Assembly (NCBI GenBank): GCA_965112735.1
Contig: OZ218951.1
Location: forward strand, 5,084,001 to 5,148,000
DNA length: 64,000 nucleotides
From: Phaeosaccion multiseriatum
Taxonomy: Eukaryota; Protista; Ochrophyta, other classes
Direction: 5' to 3'
In this document: in pieces, positions 1 to 13,365 of the stretch
How positions within the stretch are numbered: position 1 is the stretch's first letter
Layout of the letters: every line of letters begins with the position of its first letter
Notes under the pieces: generated by a model
Told to the model about the DNA's origin: nothing
The model's input: only the letters and a program-made list of their open reading frames with translations
Database searches by the model: none
Program-made: the position numbers and the translations under genes

Positions 1-167
1 AGATATGGATCCCAAGTGAGGGATACGCAGAGGAATAATTGTGTGATTACGTAATTTCTGTGCGTTTCATCCATGTGTGCGTGTAGGCTTGCGCTCTCTC
101 TTAACTCCCCCTCCGTCCCACCCTTCCTCCCTCCTCCTCCTCCTCCTCCTCCTCCTCTCTTCCCCAG

Positions 168-437
168 CGTCTCGAGATTGACTTCAGTGTGAAGGAGAAA
201 TTCGACAAAGTCAACTTCCTCAACATCTTTAAGTGGATGCAGAGGAAGATCACTGGAGGAGCTGACACAGTGAAAGATGAAGCAAGCTCAGTATCAAGCT
301 CGGTTAAGGAAGGAGGAGACGGATTGAAGAACTCTCTCAAAGGAGGAGTAGACGCAGTGAAGGCAGGAACAGACTCCGTGAAGAGCGCGGCTAAGGAAGG
401 AGGAGACGCAGTGAGCGATGCAGCGAAAGACGCGTAA
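168..437 (+). CDS. Terminal exon of a gene starting upstream of the window; hydrophilic, LEA-like ~11-residue repeats
   Basis: Pyrimidine tract plus cag acceptor ending at 167. The open frame runs to TAA 437 with quasi-repeats (GGADTVKDEAS / GGDGLKNSLK / GGVDAVKAGTD / GGDAVSDAAKD). Confidence 0.5.
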   Translation, partial: RLEIDFSVKEKFDKVNFLNIFKWMQRKITGGADTVKDEASSVSSSVKEGGDGLKNSLKGGVDAVKAGTDSVKSAAKEGGDAVSDAAKDA

Positions 438-530
438 GGTGCTTAGGAAGGGAGAGAAGGCACCCACACACACACACCCACACACAGAGAGAGATAGAGG
501 GAGAGGGAGAGACGCACAGAGCTAGAGCCA

Positions 531-771
531 TCAGGGAGCGCCACATATGCCTGCTGATGGTGCGACCGTATCAACATCAACCGCTGGAAACGGTCCTCCT
601 TGGCGCATCACGCCACCGAGCGGGGGTCTTGTGTCCAGGGCTATCTCTCGCATGGTGCGAGGGGAAGGAACTGACTGGGTCGGTGGGGTGGGGTCGGTTA
701 CGTTGGCGGTTGCGTTAACGGTTGCGGCGTTGGTTTGGCCTTGGTTCATCTCTCGCCCGCCTTGGGTCTGC
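531..771 (-). CDS. Possible terminal exon of an unknown protein
   Basis: (CT)n-cag acceptor on the minus strand at ~772-790, followed by an open frame to TGA at 531. No recognisable domain and no convincing upstream exon. Confidence 0.3.
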
Positions 772-1469
772 CTGAGAGAGAGAGAGAGAGAGAGGTAGCA
801 GAAACGGAGGAGGAAGGAAGAGGACAGGAAGAAGGAGCCGACACAAGTTGATAAGGTTCCCTTGGAGGTGGAGAGAGTGAGGGAGAAGAGAGAGAGAGAG
901 GCGAGAGTGGGGAAGAGAGGGGGAGGGGTCGAGGGAGGGCCGAGTGAGTAACGAACAGATACTTAGTTATTGGTCCGTATGTGACTGTGGACGCGGCTTC
1001 CCAGGGGTGGGGGGTGGGGGAGGGGGGTAGGTCTCTGCTGGCGCAATCAGCAGCAGCAGCAGTTGGTGATACAGCGGGGCCCAAGGTAGTAAAATGGGTT
1101 TATTTACCCTTGGCAGGGCAGGGCGTCCAGGAGAGAGGACTGGAATGGCTCGCTCACGTTGTTTTCTCAGTTTTGTACTCCCATTTTATGTATTAATTTT
1201 TTTTAATTTATGTTGAAAGGCGTCACATACAGAAAAATATATACAAACATACATGTCTCCCTCTCAGAAGGAAGCTGATACGGTCCAATCAATCTCACTT
1301 GGCATTGCGTGGCACCGCTCCTCCTCCGCAGCTCCCCGACCCTTTCTCCGCGGCCTGCGGAGGGAAGGTCGAGGAAGGGAAAGGAATGGATCGATGGATG
1401 GCAGCTGACGCTCTGTGGCTGTGGCTGAATGGAATTGTCGACCCCTGACACTTGCTTATTGGCCCTTCG

Positions 1470-1665
1470 AGCCCAACAATAGCGCGCTATTGGCACACAT
1501 CAATAGAGCTGAGTGCAGGCCGGCCGCTGGCGCCCCCCCCCCCGCGTCCGCCGCCGGGGGCAATAGTCCAATACCTGTGAGGGGTGAGGGCCGGTGGGGG
1601 AATAGCTGATAGCGTACCGGCTGATGACGCCGGCAACAGTGATAGCTCAATAGCGCGCGTCAGGG
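1470..1665. repeat. ATAGC/GCTAT-rich intergenic island 1
   Basis: Contains aatagcgcgctatt, caatagagct, aatagctgatagcgtaccggctgatgacgccggc and gatagctcaatagcgcgcg. Similar to islands at 21.0, 35.6 and 62.7 kb. Confidence 0.6.
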
Positions 1666-1852
1666 CTTGATGGAATGGCTGCATGGCTGGACGCTGGGGC
1701 TGAACAGGGCCGGTTGGGTATTCGGGGCTGAATGGTTGGTTGGGTAGCTTCCACTGCCTTTCCTCCACTGCCTTTCATCCACTGCTGCTCATCCACTGCT
1801 GCTCATCCACTGCCAGCCATCCACTGCCATGGCCCCTCGCTTGCTACTAGGC

Positions 1853-2123
1853 TCACAGCGAGGAAAAGCCCGGGAGACGTCCTTGCTGAGACGGAGACGC
1901 TCCTCCCTGCCCATATGCCTGCCCTTCCTGCTGCCCGTACGCCTGCTGCTTCAGCTGGTTCAAGCTGCTGGTCGCCGCAGCAAGCGCACCACCACTCAAT
2001 CTCAGTCTGCTAGCATGGCCGGCTGGAGCGAGAGGGGCTCGAGGAGCGAGAGGGGGGTTGGCCCAAGGCGACGACGGCAGCTGTCGATTGTGCAGTGGTG
2101 TCACAAACTGCTGCCGCTGGTGG

Positions 2124-2158
<35 letters not shown>

Positions 2159-3965
2159 GTGATGGTGGACCCCTCCGTGCATGTGAAGAGGATAATCATG
2201 ATCATGGTCACCGTTGTTGACACCCGTTGGAGAACCACCATGTGAACCATCGTACCGCCTCTCAAGCTCCACCTCTCGCAAACGTTCGGCGAGCACATAG
2301 GGTGAGAAGCCACCCCGACGGGCGCTACTGAGAGGCGGAGCGGGGTGTCGCTGCGAAGGGGGCGGGGTTGGCTTTTGGCGTTGCGCTTGAACGTGAAAGG
2401 ATGCGAGTCTCTCACGGATATGGCTATCCGGGGGGGCAGGGTATGGCTGCTCACCCTCTCTCTGCTGCTGCTGCTGCTGCTGGTGGTGGTGGGGCTGCTG
2501 CTGCTGTTTTCCGCCCTCCTCCTCCCTCGGCTCCTCCTCCTGCCGCCGCCGCTGCTTCTCCTGTTGCTGCGGCTGCTGTTGCTGGGGCGCCTGTGTGTAC
2601 CGACTGTAGGCGGAGAGAGGCCTACCCACACCATCCACGCCCTTTCCCCCTCCCCCATCCTCATCCTCATCCTCATTCTGAAGAAGAGGCAGTGTTGCCA
2701 TCGACGATGCGCGGCTAACGTCGAGGCGGGGAGACAGTGACGGCTCCCCACGGGGGGGACGCTGTGCCTCCAGGGGGGCCGCATCCTCGGCATTGGCGGC
2801 GACTGAATGAGCAGTGCGTGGAGCACCACGACCATCGTCAATGTCACCATCACTGTCTGCAGTTCCCTCCTCCTCATTGCTTGTGGAGTCGGTTGTGTGT
2901 CCTCCGCTATTGGCACCGCCTCTACCGTCGCCAGGGCCGGCGGAGTTGTTGTACATGAGGTGCGGAGAACCAACTTGCATAGTAGAGGTTGCTTGGTGGG
3001 GCTGCTGTATCACCAACTGCTGCTGCTGCTGCTGGTAGACTCCATGGGGGGCCACCGTGCGGTAGTGGATGTCGTGCTCGAGCAGCACAGGCTGAGGTCC
3101 TCCTCCGCCTCCTCCTCCTCCTCCTCCTCCTCCTCCTCCTCCTCCTCCTCCTCCTCCTCCTCCTCCTTCTTGTTCTTCGTCGTCATCAAGCCGGAGCTCA
3201 TTGCTCAAGCCGCCGTGCTGCTGCCCTCTCAGATGGGGAGCATCTCCTCCCGCTGTACCACCAACTGCTGCCCTCGCCCCTTCCGGACCAGAAGGAATGA
3301 GCGCAGAGGGGGCCTCGGAAGCCCCTCGTATTGGAGGACACGCAGAAGGCGACGACCCCGACTCGGAAGACCACCCTGACGTATCGCCAACACCCCCACC
3401 ACCGGAAGAGGGTGAGGGGGCATCTTCTTCCGTCGGCGAGGATGACAAAGGACCCGGAGCAGGCGAAGGGGACCAGGAGATGGTGTACGAGGACGACGGT
3501 GCTGGCGACGACGAAACGGACGAGGTGGTGGTACGACTGCCCCCCTCCCCCGACCAAGAGGAGGAGGAGGAAGCGGAAATTGAGGAGGTGTTGGAGGCGC
3601 GGGAGGGGCTGCCGTAGGAGGGGTAGTTGGAGCTCGAGCTAGGGTAGTTGCTGCTGTTGGAGCCGCCGCGGCTGCCGACGAGAGCGTGATGGGCGTGGTG
3701 GTGATCCGAGACGTCGCCAACACTGCTGCTCAGATTACCAATACCCCTACCTGATCCCGATCCCGAGCCCGAGGAGGTGGAGTGACAGTGGCGAATAGCG
3801 GGCACGAAGACACGCTTTTGGATGGCATCCAAGGCCTCCGCCGATCTCGCCACTCCGCCTTCCTTGTCGTCCTCGGGGTCTCCTCCTCCTCCTCTTCTTT
3901 TGCCTCCTTTGCCTGTGTCTTGGCTTGTGCCTTTGCCCTGTTTGCTCGCTTTGCTGGCACCGGGC

Positions 3966-3997
<32 letters not shown>

Positions 3998-4666
3998 GCT
4001 GAGATTGTCGCCTCCGTTGTCTCTCCCGTTGTTGCTGTTCATGTTCATGTTGTACTTGTTCGTGCTGTCGCGCTCAACCGCCCGCACCTCCTCCTCCCTA
4101 ACCCAACCCGCCTTGCTTCTGCTGTTGAGACTGTCCGCTTCCACAGCCGCCGCGATGCTGGCGGAGTTGGCTTTGGCGGCGGCGATGGCAGTGGATGGCG
4201 ACGGCTTGTGTTTCGACGTGCGAGAGGAGGCGACGTATGCCTCTAGCTCGGCCTTGTAGCGCTTGCTGTCCTCAAGGGCCTGACGCATGTAGGGTGCCTT
4301 CTCCGCCTCGCTCATGCTGTGTGTGCGTGCGTGTGTGCGTGGGTGGGTGTATGTGGGTGTGTGCGTGGAGTGTGTGTTGGTGGGTGCGGTGGCGAGTCCA
4401 AGACGGCAGATGTGTGCGCGCGCGTGCGTGTGTGTGTGTGTGTTTGTGTGTTTGTGTGCATGCATATAATATATATATATATGTAATATATAGAATGGTT
4501 TGTGTTTGTGTGTGTGCGTGTGTGCGGGGCGGAGGGGTGGTACCATGAGGTAAGGCAGTGAAGGGTAAGGGTAAAGCAGTGAAGAATGACAGAGGTGCGA
4601 CGAAACTGAAATGAATGGAGTGGAGTGGGATGGTCACGAGGTCGAAACACTATCGCTCCTCCCCAA

Positions 4667-4742
<76 letters not shown>

Positions 4743-5882
4743 TCACATACACCTCACGCGTACACACACACCCACGCAAACACACACACCCCGACTTACG
4801 CGTTCCATCGCTGTCCAAGGAGCGCAGACACAACATGGTTGGAGAGCACGACAGGCTTGGCGGGAGGGGCGCTGCTGTTGGCGACGCTCGCTGAAGAACC
4901 AACAGGTGTAGATGAAGAGGATGAGGCGGCGAACTTCTTGGCGTTTCCCTCTGAGGCGGTTTCGTCGGTTTCGTTGTCGGAGTAGGAGGAGCAGGCGGGT
5001 TTGGGGCTTGCCGTACGCGCACCCGCTTGCTGCTTCTGGATAGCCCGCATGGCCTGAGTGAAGGAGTGAATGGGTGGGTGGATAGGTGGAGTGGGTGGGG
5101 TGGATGGGGTGGGTGGATGGGTGCGTATGCGGGTATGTGGGTGTGGATGGGTGGGTATGAGGGTGTGTGGGTGTGGGTGTGTGGGTGTGTGGTTGTAAGG
5201 GTGGATGGGTGGATGGGTGGGTGTGGGTCGGTGGGTAGGTGGGTGCGAAGGTGCGAGGCGCGGGAGGGAAGAAAGAGGGTGGAGTGAGGAGGGGAGCGAG
5301 GGGGAGGAGCATGAAGGCGGAAGAGAAGCAAAAGGAGTGAGGAAAGCAGTGAGTGAGAGGTTCAAGCTTGCATAGGTCCGTTATATATGTGTGTGTGCGT
5401 GTATGCATACTTTGTGTGCGGGTGCGTGTGCCCGGCGGCCCTCCCTCCACGTCCGTCCACTGCCGTCCACCTCCATACACTGCCATGCACTATCATCCAC
5501 CACCATCCACCACCATCCACTATTATCCACTGCCATCCCCCCCCATCCACTGCCATCCCCCCCCCATCCACTGCCATCCACCCCCATCCACTGCCATCCA
5601 CTGCCATCCACTGCCATCCACCCCCATCCACTGCCATCCCCCTCCTCGTACCTTGCTGTAATGCAGGAACGCGCTCGCTGCTCTCTTTGGCGCGTCGCTC
5701 TTCTTGCGGGGCCGCTTCTTGCCGGTGCCGAAGGGAGAGTCCTTTTGGTACATCGCCATCTCCACCACCCATCTGTGAGTCGGTCAGTGGGGGGGGGGGG
5801 GAGGGGCAGCCGTTGGTGATACAGCAGATAGTAGGAGCAGACGCAAGTGTATTTTTTAAGTTTTTTATTTCTTCGGCGCTTG

Positions 5883-5918
<36 letters not shown>

Positions 5919-6930
5919 GGGCATGGGCTAGGGGATCGCTCACACCGTGTACCCAACTACCGTAGACTACCGTACTACCAACTGCTGTACGTACCTGGCC
6001 TTGTCTGCCTTGGCTAGTGCTTCCCACTTGACCTTTTCCTCGGGCCCCATGTCTCGCCAGCGCTGAGCCACGATTCTCATTATCTCTTTCACAGCACTCC
6101 CGGGGGGTAGGGCGGCCTTTACCTCCTCGCGGATAGCTTGGAAGAAGCACACGTAGGGCTGAGCGGGGGGGGGGGGGATGGCAGTCGATGAGATGGAGTA
6201 GGAAGGGAAGGTGGGAGGGGCGGCAGAGGAGGTGCGGAAATATTCCGGGTAGATCGGGGGGAGGGGGGATGACCGAGACAAGTGGCGTATGACACCCATG
6301 TCTGCCGTCTGGTGTTGCTGGTACACCGCTGCGTCGATTTACGCGTCCTTCACTCACTCACTCATTCACTCACGCCCTCACTCCCTCCTACCCTCACTCA
6401 CTCACTCACTCACTCACTCACTCACTTACTCACTCACTCAACCACTCACTCACTCACTCACTCACTCACTCACTCACTCACTCACTCACTCACTCACTCA
6501 CTCACTCACTCACGCACTCACGCACTCACGCACTCGCTCACTCACTCATTTGTTGACTCATGCAAGCACCCAACCACTCCCTCCCTCCCTCGCTCCCTCC
6601 CTCCCTCCCTCCCTCCCTCCCTCCCTCCCTCCCTCCCTCCCTCCCTCCCTCCCTCCCTCCCTCCCTCCCTCCCTCCCTCCCTCCCTCCCTCCCTCCCTCC
6701 ACTCACTCATTCATTCACTTCCTCACTCACTCACCGTCTTGGCTCGCTTGGGGCAGTTCGGATGTGTAGTCTTCCTCTTCCTCCCGCTGGCCTTGATCAC
6801 CGTGGGGACCGTGCCGGCGCTGCCAGGGACAGGTGCTGACGTGTCCATCTTGATGTCGTCATCCGTGTTGGTTGTAGGGGGGGGAGATCGGTGGCGATTT
6901 CGGCAAGTGATGCTGCTACCATGCTGCTCG

Positions 6931-6962
<32 letters not shown>

Positions 6963-7478
6963 GCGACGCGGATGAAGATGATGATAATACATCTGGTACG
7001 GATGCCGATGAGCAGCAACGGTGCCGCCTTCCTCCGCGCCGTCTTCGTTTCTGTTGTACTGCTGCTGCTCCAGGCCTTCTCCTTGTTGCAAAGCGTGCAA
7101 GGCGAGCACCGGTGCAAAGGTAGTGCCACTCTTCCAGCAGAACGGTGTGGCGTGAAACGTCTTCGGCTCCTCCCGCTGGTGCTCCCACGTGCGTGCTGAC
7201 CCTCCGTATAGGCGTCGGTCCCCCTCTTGTTGCTCGTGCGGCATCGATGACGGGAAGGGCGGTGGGCCGCATGAGGCTCCGTAGTCTCCGAGCACCGGCG
7301 GCACAGAAGAGCCGCCGCCGCCATAGGAAAGCAGTGGGGGAGCGGTGCGAGAAGACGAAGTAAAGCCGGGCTCATCTGTCATGAAGGCCGCATTCCGCAG
7401 CAGCATCAAACGTTGCAGGGCGACTGGCGCCGGTGAAAAATTATGAGAGCCTGGGTGATTCACTGCTGTTGATGGGCC

Positions 7479-7535
<57 letters not shown>

Positions 7536-7970
7536 ATGCTGCTGCTGATGCTGTTGAGCCATGAGGTCACGCGGCTGCTGGTGCGCCATCGGGTCGTGGT
7601 GATAATAAAGTTGGTGAGGCTGAGGTCGCGCGTCTTGCTCCTGATGTTGCTGCGAAGGGAAGGGGAAGCCGGCCATGCCCCTTTGCTCCGCCATCGTCCC
7701 CGCAGAGGGCAGCTGCGGCAACCACCACGACAGACTGCTTCCTGACGAGGAGGCTACGGCGACAGCTCCCTCGCCGGGCTGGATATCGGTGCAGTACTCA
7801 GGAACGGCGAGTTTTGGAGTCTTGTTTACTACTACGGCAGCAGGTTGTGCAGTCGCAGTGTGGCCAATACAAGAGTAGTAGTGGTTGCGCAGCACAAAGT
7901 CCTCCCTCCTGTCGTTACAGATGTTGCTGCTGGAACTCATGGCAGTGACATTATTTTGCGCCCATCCCAT
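1853..7970 (-). CDS. Multi-exon protein with two HMG boxes and long Q/G/S-rich low-complexity regions
   Basis: Splicing across GT-AG introns gives box 1, HPNCPKRAKT|PYVCFFQAIREEVKA...IVAQRWRDMGPEEKVKWEALAKADKARY, and box 2, DAPKRAASAFLHYSK|...LLGQRWN|MSEAEKAPYMRQALEDSKRYKAELEAY. Exons approx. 7970-6735, 6158-5995, 5773-5653, 5053-4800, 4318-1853. The start codon is uncertain. Confidence 0.85.
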
Positions 7971-8544
7971 TGCCTGTCCTCTTTAATACAGCTGATGTGT
8001 GTGCCCTTGAAGCCTTTTCCCTCTCTTTACTTTTTTACTTTTTACTTTTCCGGCAGTTTCAGTTCAGCAACCCCCGCACTTGCGCGCCACGCATGTACAC
8101 GCATGTACGGAAGCACACAAAATCCCCCAACGCCAACAAAACACCTAAACTCTTCATCCTCCCCTTTTTTTGTGACCCTTTCAACTTGCATTACGGCTCT
8201 TGCTTATATCATTACGGCTCTTATCTCTTTCTGGTTCTGCCCTGTGACACATTCTACGCTACTGCCTACTGCAGAGTGGTGGCCGTGCCGCCACTACTGC
8301 TACCAATGTCAGTATTCGAGCTGTCGTCGCTGCTGCTCGGGGTCTGCTCCACCATGGAGGGAAGATTGACGTAGCCTAGAGACGAGATGCGCGGGAACAC
8401 ACACGCACACACATACACACGCACACATCTGAGCAACAACAAAGGAAGCTGCCACTCAAATACTCCAAAGGCGTCCGAAGGAGAGGGGGGCTGTGCTCGC
8501 TAGCCCTCATACAAAAAAATCACAGACTCACCACCACTCACAGA

Positions 8545-10463
8545 TCACAGCAGATTCGAGCTTGCCCCTGCCCCAGACCCCCTCCCGCTGCCCCTGCCCC
8601 TCCCCATACTGGCCATTTCAACCTCCAGTCGCCCTGCCCCCCCTCCCTTCTCCTCCTCCTCCTCCTCCTCCTCCTCCTCCTCCTCCTCCTCCCCCGCCTT
8701 CCTTCGTATGTAACCGTTGGAGGAGTCTTCCCCCTCCCCGCCCACCCCCGACTTTAGCGGGGAGTGTACCGAAGGAGAGTCTGCATACGTATCATCCTCT
8801 TCTTCTTCTAAACCATCGTCTAAGCGGTGGAACTCCCCTGCCAGCCTGCCGCTTCCCCCTCCCTCCCCTCCCTCCCCCCCCCCCCCCCTCCTCCTCCTCC
8901 TCCTCCTTCTCCAAAGCTGCCCAAGCCAGCTATACCTGAGCCAATCGCTTCCCGTCGGTGACGATAGCTGTCCACCTCGCCAGCTGCCCACTTGTACACT
9001 CGCTTGGCATCCTCCCGCACCAAATATATGCAGAAGGCAACATACACACACGAAAGAATCACCAAAAGTGACAGTTTCAAATCCGACGGCCGCCCGTCCC
9101 TCGTCACGTAGTTGGCGACTGTGTAGATGTTGACACAGATGACGAAGAGAGACACGAGCCAAGTGAAGACGAGGAGCCGTGTGCTTGAGCGGTACTCGCC
9201 CATGATACGCCGACTGCCGCAAAAGTGCAGCAGCGGGATGAGGGCGAAGGGAAGCTGCACCGACTACGTAACGGCACAGAACCCATCACGGCACGATATG
9301 GCGTTATGTTACGGCACAGAACCCATCACGGCACGATATGGCGCAGTAAGAGCGGCAAGGGTGAGCGTGCAGAGGCCGTGGATTGGGGGGGGCGGGGGAG
9401 GAAAAGATGGCAGTGGATGGGGGGGGAGGGGTGGAGAGAGGACGTGAGCTTTACTAAGGATTGCGTCGTCTGTCACCGGACAGTAGGAAACCAAATCACT
9501 ACAGTAGGAAACCAAATCACTACGGTAGGAAACCAAATCACTACAGTAGGAAACCAAATCACTACAGTAGGAAACCAATCACTACAGTAGGAAACCAAAT
9601 CACTCACTCGGCGCTTCTCCTCTCCCCCCCCCCCCCCCCCCCCCCCTCATTACTACATCCTCCAATTCCCGACCTCTTTTCTTGTCAACCGTTCATCCCT
9701 CCTTCCTCGCTACTCGTTCTCTATCCGTTGTATCTACTCACATGACAACACCCCCTTTTCACTCCTCCGACCTTTTCTGCCTGGCATCCCTCTGTCTCTC
9801 TCTCCATCACACACAAACAGAATGCATATATCCCCTCTCTGTCTCTCCCTCTACACCACACACACACACATTTACACTCTCTCTATCCCCCTCTCTCTCA
9901 CACGCTCCCTCCTTCTCTCTGTCCACGCACGCACCTGCAGTACATTGATCCACTCGCTCAGATTATCGGTCGCCGTATTGTCCCCCCTCAGGCTAATCGT
10001 CACAACCAGCGCCGGCACAAGCGCGATACACCGCGTGAGCAAGAGACGCTGCCACTGTGGAATCTGCAAGTTGAGGAAGCCCTCCATCACAAACTGACCC
10101 GCGTACGTCCCTGTCATGGTGCTAGATTGCCCAGCCGCGAGCAGCCCTACCGCCCACACGTACTTGGCGTACTGGCCTAGCGACCCTCGCAATGCATCCC
10201 CGGCATGAGTCAGTCCAATCTCCTGACAAAAGCCTGTATCCCCTCCTCCTGAGCCTGACACCACGCACTCGCCGAAGGTTTCCGCGCTGGCATCGAGCGA
10301 GTCCGGGCCCAGACAGGCGCTAATGGTGTCTGCGTGGGCGCACTCTGGGGCGTAGAACTGGACGGCGAAGGTGCACACTACGGCCATGTTGATGAGGAAG
10401 GCCACGAGGAGGGCCATACCGGAGTCAAGCGTTGTGTACTTGCACGCCTCGCGTACCTGTGGG

Positions 10464-10555
<92 letters not shown>

Positions 10556-10557
10556 AC

Positions 10558-10590
<33 letters not shown>

Positions 10591-12821
10591 GATGGCAATG
10601 GATCGGTTTGTGCGTGTTGGATGCTTGGCGTTGTTGTTCTTGTTGTTCTTGTTGGTGGTGTGTGTTGTGTGCGCCCACACACTCTCACCCACTCACACAC
10701 CCACACACAGACACCCACCCACACATGCACCGACACACACATACACACCCACACCCACGCACGCACCAACACCCACGCACGCACACACACACCGCCAACG
10801 TACCTTCATTGGGTTGGTCCTATCGATGCTCCTACTCAGCACCAGGGCAGAATGCAAGTAAATGTTGTGGGGCATAATGACAGCACCGATGAGGGCAAGG
10901 GCGGGGACGAGTGCGTACTCTTCCATGTCGGGGACGAAGCCGCGTACGACCGCGCCGGTAGGGGGGGGGTCGACGGTGCTGTTGACGAAGAAGGAGACCG
11001 TCATGACTGCGACTAGGAACACGAACAGGGCCTAGTGGGACGGAGAGAGGGGTGGGCAGGGAGGGGGAGAGGGAGGAAGGGGTGGGAGGAGGGGGGGTGG
11101 AGGGGTGGGAGGGGGGAGCGGTGCACACGGGGAGAGGGATAAAGAGGGAGAGAGGCAGGAGCGGGGGAGGGGGGGGGGGGACAAGGCGTAAGAGAGTGCA
11201 AGAGGACCGAGAGATAGAGCGAGAAGAGGAAGAGAAGATACACACATTTCAAACGAGACGGAGGGGCGAGAATGAAGAGGGAGAGAGAGAGAGGAGGAGG
11301 CGAAGGCTTGCTGTCTGTCAGACGCATTCGTGACCACGCATCTGTGAAACCTCCGTACGTACCTCCAACTTGCGCACCCCAAAGACGTGCATAAAGAGGA
11401 AGGTGAACGTGTCAAGTGCCGTGACAAGGCAGCCTGCCCACAGGGGGATGCCAAGGAGGATCTGCAGGCCGATTGCCGACCCGAGCACTTCCTGAATGTC
11501 CGATCCGATGATGGCGAGCTCAGTGGCCGCCCAGAGGAGCATGGCCGCCGGTTTCGGGTAATTGGTCCTGTCATGTAATATGGGTAAGTCAAGTAGAAGT
11601 CAAGTGGGCAAAGTAAGTACACGATTCGAGAGGAAGAGGGGGGGGGGGGTTCGAGAAGATTTTTTCGCCTCTGTTTGACTGAGTGGCAAGACAACCAACC
11701 CACACAGAGAGAAGAGGGAGGAGCGTTAAAAGAGAGTGAGAGAGACAGACGAAGAAGAAATACAGACTGACTGACTTACTGAGAGCTTCGATCTTCTATT
11801 GCTGTCGAGGCTCTGCTTCGATCTCCCCCCCCCCCTCCCCGCCCTCCACTGCCATCTCTCTCTCTCTCTACCTGCAGATGTCAGCGAGATGCGTGCCGGT
11901 GACACAACCCAGCCTCGCAGCCAAGCTCTGCAGCAGCAGGCCCAGCACATGACTCGCCAGCAGCACCCACACCAGTTGGTAGCCCGTGTATGCCCCCGTC
12001 TAATAACCGAACCAGCAGTAGAAGCAGTGGCAGCAGTAGCAGCAGAACGCCATGATGAGTTGCGTGAGTGTAAGAGTTCGAAGCGGGCAAGGGGAGGAGA
12101 GGTGTTGTCGGTGAGTGAGCGAGGGGCAGGTTGTCTGTCTCTGTGCGAGGGTCTGCCGTGCATTGGTCTCTCTCTCTCACACACACTCTGTCCCTCTCTC
12201 TCTGCCTGCCTGTTTGCCTCGTCACTTCCCCCCCCCCCCCCACATTCTGTCCCTCTCTCTCTCCCGCTCTCCCTCTCTCTCTCTCTTTCTCTCTCTTGCA
12301 CTCTCCCTCCCTCTCTCTCTCTTCCCCCTGGCCCAAGAGTCACGTGCTGTACTCATCTCATCCTGCCCGCACAGTTTGTACCCAGGGATACGAAAACGCC
12401 TTACTAAAGCGAACGAAGGGCCACAACCTAACCGAACAACACCAAAACAAAGCCGACTACGAAACCAAGCCCGCACCAACTGCCCCATCCACCAGCGCAT
12501 CTCACCCACCTGTAAGTCCGCTTCAATGTTACCCGGGTCGAGGTAGGCAATGCACACGAGGAAGCCTGGGCCCGTGTACGCCCACATGGTCCGCCAGCTA
12601 ATGAAGGTGCCGGGCCGCTCGTCCGGCACGTCGGTCACGTCTCCTTTGTTGTCCATGTGCAATTGCCTGCCCCCCCCCTCCGCCATGTGCAAGACATCGG
12701 CCCAGGATGAGCCACCGCTAGGCAGTCCACCATTGTCGTGGTGAAGGTCGATTTCCACCTCCTCGTCTTCCTCCTCTTCCGCCCCGTGGACCATTTTCTC
12801 GCTGCCAATGACCGCTGACAT
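8545..12821 (-). CDS. NRAMP: NRAMP-family divalent metal (Mn/Fe) transporter, 6 exons
   Basis: Diagnostic motifs [47 protein letters not shown] and [20 protein letters not shown] across GT-AG-bounded exons. The last exon changes frame in a C homopolymer at ~8872-8888, probably an assembly error. Confidence 0.95.
9478..9603. repeat. Intronic minisatellite, ~6 x 21 bp (CACTACAGTAGGAAACCAAAT)
   Basis: Directly visible tandem copies in the last NRAMP intron. Confidence 0.9.
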
Positions 12822-13365
12822 TCGTCTGCCGCTGCTGCGTATCTAAAGACCTGCGTCTATACGCAGGCAGGGCTTCGGCATAGAGAGAGAGATCAATAAA
12901 AAAAAAAAAAAAAAAAAAAACCCTCACGCCTGAGCGTTCCCCTAGCGCGTCTCCTTCGCGCAGTTCTCGCTACGGAACAAGGCAGAAGAAGCACCTTCTC
13001 CCGTAGCTCCTTTTTGTTGCCGCTGGTGCCACTGCTGAAGTGAGAGAGGCACTGGAGCCTTGGGGGGCAGTGGATAGAAAAAACAGAGGAGGAACGAAGT
13101 GTGGAGCCCACCCCCCTGGGTAGATGGAGGTATACGGGATGGATCGATTTGCTGAATCACTGCCTCGTGTCTCGCTCTCGATCGCAGTTCAAGATCTACG
13201 CGTGGAAAGGTCGCATAACACAACCAGTAGTGGAGACTTGAGGCGTGCACAGACAATAAGCGGAAGAAGCGAGAAGAGAGAGGGAAGACAGAGCGGAAGG
13301 CCACCATAACGCGTACGCCACCCCCCTTTTTGTTTCTCCATCAATTCGGACTAAGAAGGCAAAAC
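12822..13365. promoter_or_regulatory. Probable bidirectional promoter (NRAMP / STI1-like gene)
   Basis: ~545 bp between divergent ATGs at 12821(-) and 13366(+), including a long poly-A tract at ~12898-12920. Confidence 0.5.

Noticed and set aside
8860-8895. NRAMP frameshift as pseudogenisation or programmed frameshifting
   Set aside because: It falls in a long C homopolymer after all transmembrane segments; an assembly indel is the simpler explanation.
9478-9603. Regular 21-bp repeats as a CRISPR array
   Set aside because: Head-to-tail copies without unique spacers, inside a eukaryotic intron, with no cas genes nearby.
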